A stretch of DNA of 64,000 bases from Bugula neritina (lineage: Eukaryota; Animalia; Bryozoa). Positions 61,601 through 64,000 of the stretch are shown in pieces; positions within the stretch are counted from its first letter, which is position 1; each line of letters begins with the position of its first letter. The DNA lies in contig OZ037766.1 of NCBI GenBank assembly GCA_964035545.1, positions 33,160,773 through 33,224,772 on the forward strand, read 5' to 3'. The notes beneath the pieces were generated by a model. The model made no database searches. It was given only the letters and a program-made list of their open reading frames with translations, and had not been told where the DNA came from. Made by a program: the position numbers and the translations under genes.

Positions 61601-63608
61601 TAACTACTATACATGTGTATCTAACTACTATACATGTGTACCTAACTACTATACATGTGTACCTAACTACTATACATGTGTACCTAACTACTATACATGT
61701 GTACCTAACTACTATACATGTGTACCTAATTACTATACACATGTACCTAACTACTATACATGTGTACCTAACTACTGTGTGTGTGCATCTACTGTGTGTG
61801 CATCTACTGTGTGTGTATCTACTGTGTGTGAGTACCTACTGTGTGTATCTACTGTGTGTGTGTATCTACTGTGTGTGTGTATCTACTGTGTGTATCTACT
61901 GTGTGTGTATCTACTGTGTGTGAGTATCTACTGTGTGAGTAACTACTGTGTGTGTATCTACTGTGTGTGTATCTACTGTGTGTCTGTCTACTGTGTGTGT
62001 GTGTATCTACTGTGTGTGTATCTACTGTGTGTGTATCTACTGTGTGTGAGTATCTACTGTGTGTGAGTATCTACTGTGTGTGTATCTACTGTGTGTCTGT
62101 CTACTGTGTGTGTGTGTATCTACTGTGTGTGTATCTACTGTGTGTGTATCTACTGTGTGTGAGTATCTACTGTGTGTGAGTATCTACTGTGTGTGAGTAT
62201 CTACTGTGTGTGAGTATCTACTGTGTGTGTGTCTACTGTGTGTGAGTATCTACTGTGTGTATCTCTACTGTGTGTGTGTCTACTGTGTGTGTGTCTACTG
62301 TGTGAGTATCTACTGTGTGAGTATCTACTGTGTGAGTATCTACTGTGTGTGAGTATCTACTGTGTGAGTATCTACTGTGTGTGAGTATCTACTGTGTGTA
62401 TCTACTGTGTGTGTGTCTACTGTGTGAGTATCTACTGTGTGTGTAACTACTGTGTGTGTGTATCTACTGTGTGTGAGTATCTACTGTGTGTGAGTACCTA
62501 CTGTGTGTGAGTATCTACTGTGCATCACTCTGAACTTTTCTATATGCAGACGGAATTAAAAAGAGCCAAACGACAGCTACAGTCCATGTTGATGATGAAT
62601 CTGGAGTCTCGTCCAATCATCTTTGAGGATATCGGTAGACAAGTTTTAGCTTCAGGAGAGAGGAAACACCCTCTACATTTTTACGATAAAATAGGTCAGT
62701 ATACTAGATGAGTATATGATAACATAGGTCAGTATACTAAATGAGTATATGATAACATAGATCAGTATACTAGATGAGTTTATGATAACATAGGTCAGTA
62801 TACTAGATGAGTATATGATAACATAGGTCAGTATAACAGATGAGTATATGATAACATAGATCAGTATACTAGATGAGTATATGATAACAAGGTCAGTATA
62901 CTAGATGAGTATATGATAACATAGATCAGTATACTAGATGAGTATATGATAACATAGATCAGTATACTAGATGAGTATATGATAACATAGATCAGTATAC
63001 TAGATGAGTATATGATAACATAGATCAGTATACTAGATGAGTATATGATAACATAGGTCAGTATACTAGAGGAGTATGTATATGATATCATAGGTCAGTA
63101 TACTAGATGAGTATATGATAACATAGATCAGTATACTAAATGAGTATATGATAACATAGGTCAGTATAACAGATGAGTATATGATAACATAGGTCAGTAT
63201 ACTAGATGAGTATATGATAACATAGATCAGTATACTAAATGAGTATATGATAACATAGGTCAGTATAACAGATGAGTATATGATAACATAGGTCAGTATA
63301 CTAGATGAGTATATGATAACATAGATCAGTATACTAGATGAGTATATGATAACATAGATCAGTATACTAGATGAGTATATGATAACATAGGTCAGTATAC
63401 TAGAGGAGTATGTATATGATATCAATATGTTTCTGCAGAACAAATAGAGTCAGCTGACATAGAGAGAGTAGCCAGTCGTCTGCTAAAGTCTAAAGTATCT
63501 CTGGCAGCGCTAGGCTCACTAGACAGACTACCAGACGTGGACAAAGTTCAGGATATGCTGGCTAGTGGTCGTTCCTCCGGTGCTAGACGACTGTTTGGGT
63601 TCAGTTAG
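52615..63608 (+). CDS. PMPCA: Mitochondrial-processing peptidase subunit alpha, 11 coding exons
   Basis: Exons 52615-52691, 57646-57854, 58127-58206, 58346-58428, 59025-59220, 60187-60371, 60476-60560, 60676-60887, 61401-61554, 62550-62694, 63439-63608. Motifs [19 protein letters not shown] (non-catalytic HxxEK), [11 protein letters not shown], the glycine loop [40 protein letters not shown]. The first exon is inferred from phase and position. Confidence 0.96.
52750..53280. other. 6-bp-periodic (NTNANN)n tract in the PMPCA first intron (resumes after the LINE at ~57391-57620)
   Basis: 52765 onward ttcaac ttgaat ttcagt ttgacc ttgggc tcgagt; ttaagt ttaagt ttaaac; after the LINE attatg attatc attatc. 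Confidence 0.65.
53528..54493 (+). CDS. LINE ORF1p with N-terminal PHD finger, coiled coil and RRM-like C-terminal region
   Basis: CYSC...[15 protein letters not shown]...WCCETC (C4HC3); [12 protein letters not shown] and [16 protein letters not shown] motifs typical of CR1/L2-type ORF1. Confidence 0.92.
   Translation: MSQTNTDIVCASGDGSNTESEKCYSCKQEDCFITNAKNRKQKIDSKWILCDLCQHWFHALCQNISNSEIGYINKAANAKGVLWCCETCLPQTKSISKTPNNTGMESVSDRLNKIEEVIDKLSTSILQQDKSLTDQLQTFEKTYSSVLQTNQENIKKSIEINASAQSVIKKSLAHSENETRKLNAILYGMAENREKGAIDQVKDLMDSGNFQYVTFPSQAFRLGRVGTKPRPVKVVFDDEKAKWEFVKRVNSTLKAEGFFCKLDTSKEVRDEEYNMRQQVKLLRSSNSDAEYRIRGGKIQTKTQNSGDWVNMNPAIKSQLTP
54490..57213 (+). CDS. LINE ORF2p: AP endonuclease plus reverse transcriptase
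   Basis: APE motifs [35 protein letters not shown]; RT motifs [52 protein letters not shown]. The frame is open from 54418 with no stops. Confidence 0.96.
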   Translation, partial: LRLLLLNTRSVKGKSPELTSLAMNYDIVCVTETHVDESVTDKQILDLSQKTVFRCDRNLHGGGVMIAIDNKLSVKHVEVGSADLEIVVLRLDDNTIIGCFYRPNIAHSLSQFWLLLEEISSKYPTDRIIITGDFNLPNVDWKYTQLKKNCQYQALHREFLNLIAENNLTQLIDQPTHIQGNTLDLILTNQPKDIQSINIVEPGLSDHFLIEASIQHRVATTSVTPQLKYIKLYRQANIEGFREQMSHVQLQLEEMSDVDSMWPLFVSQLRNSISNHVPIRICKPKGDQPAWFNLRAKKLVQKQRETYNKFKQTNDPFFLTKYKQQRRDTKRTLRELRNNYTTEVVCGPLEAGNSKPFFKYLKNIQNKTKPMLTLTHPNGTSTTDPRENAEMLNNFFQQQFCQQDFFTDDLPYHSDDDDLNVTPDGVEKLLNDLKTGKAPGPDGLNKEDLCIDTRLIANCLTLIFNASLRSAKLPAGWKLANIIPVHKKGQLDMPNNYRPISLTSIPCKLLEHIVLHYLNKLLDPILHNRQHGFRRGLSCETQLCGTFHEIARSMNNSHTTHALVLDFQKAFDKVPHKLLIHKLSVVDGINPHILRWLQNFLTKREQQVIIDGHSSGRLPVFSGVPQGSVLGPTLFLLYINDLPDLLSCSVSLFADDTLIFQEVDSLDDVRKFQKNIEQIENWSLKWKMPFNSSKCRIMSFGKDSQILPSYRLGGETLPYVDEITYLGVTLQSNLKFHSHITKKINKAYKVLGMLKLSLYGAPKKAKLLAYMTLCRPILEYAATTWDPVTKQLVKEIELVQNRAIRFICCLKGREASISDAREQLNISSLEDRRKSLRITLLLKILSKEECHQALSSSYTELTRDKSTATVTTRAASNGIPTAISAMCTAYHNSFLPRTIRDLRIGTP
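58445..59010. repeat. Low-complexity minisatellite (TACTCTGTA / TACTC variants)
   Basis: Fills PMPCA intron 4. Confidence 0.95.
59233..60113. repeat. 13-bp minisatellite RTACTTACACTAT
   Basis: About 65 copies filling PMPCA intron 5. Confidence 0.95.
60918..61400 (+). repeat. 57-bp minisatellite ending at the PMPCA exon 9 acceptor
   Basis: About 8.5 copies containing CACCTGTCTCTACAG|AG; the last copy CACCTGTCTTCACAG|GC is functional. Confidence 0.93.
61555..62522. repeat. 21-bp GTACCTAACTACTATACATGT array starting at the donor, grading into a TATCTACT(GT)n array
   Basis: Fills PMPCA intron 9. Confidence 0.93.
62691..63420 (+). repeat. 33-bp minisatellite spanning the PMPCA exon 10 donor
   Basis: ATAG|GTCAGTATACTAGATGAGTATATGATAAC, about 22 copies, about 10 with GT changed to AT. 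Confidence 0.95.
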
Positions 63609-63874
63609 AGGAGGTCATACAGACACTGAGTTCTCACATCAACTCTGATGCTCCTTGGGGGGGGGGACATACCGCATGTCGTAGACAATACTCAGTATAT
63701 AGTGACGTGTTTGATGTTCCCAGCAGATCATATCTCCAGCTACACCAGAAGATACTAACGTGTTTACACTCTAATCAAATATACAAATGAAATGTTATTG
63801 TATACCATGAGTGTTGTTTACTCTGTCATGTTCATGTAAAGCTTCTCATTAGTGTAAATCTGTAAAGGTGACTC

Positions 63875-63880
63875 AATAAA
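63875..63880 (+). terminator. Candidate poly(A) signal of PMPCA
   Basis: AATAAA about 270 nt after the stop codon. Confidence 0.55.
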
Positions 63881-64000
63881 CTTGTAAATGTTTGAAACTC
63901 ATGCCTGGTACTTGTAGTTGTTCCGCTAGCACTAGTATCAACAGCATACATGTTGGTAGCATTCACTATTATAGAACACCAGCATTGACTTGACAAATCC

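Overview
AT-rich animal (invertebrate) genomic DNA with GT-AG introns that are heavily filled with minisatellites. I could not determine the taxon. I reconstructed four conserved genes by hand, with consistent splice phases: COA5 (-), a long-type ABCC1/MRP1-like transporter (+), an ABHD14-family hydrolase (-) and PMPCA (+). The ABCC gene has a pair of mutually exclusive 140-nt TM14-15 exons and a 12-nt microexon. The genes form two divergent pairs (COA5/ABCC1 and ABHD14/PMPCA). An intact CR1-type LINE (PHD ORF1 plus APE-RT ORF2) lies in PMPCA intron 1. An orphan two-exon secreted, strongly cationic 6-Cys peptide gene lies at about 16.1-16.5 kb. The most unusual signals are: (1) non-repetitive but 6-bp-periodic (NTNANN)n tracts just downstream of the three housekeeping-type promoter regions; (2) minisatellites that amplify splice donors, acceptors and a stop codon, several carrying fold-back copies matching the U1 5' end; (3) a 13-nt complementarity between the LINE 5' and 3' UTRs; (4) a 200-bp loopless palindrome between (TA)n runs. 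Most ORFs in the supplied track are artefacts of tandem repeats.
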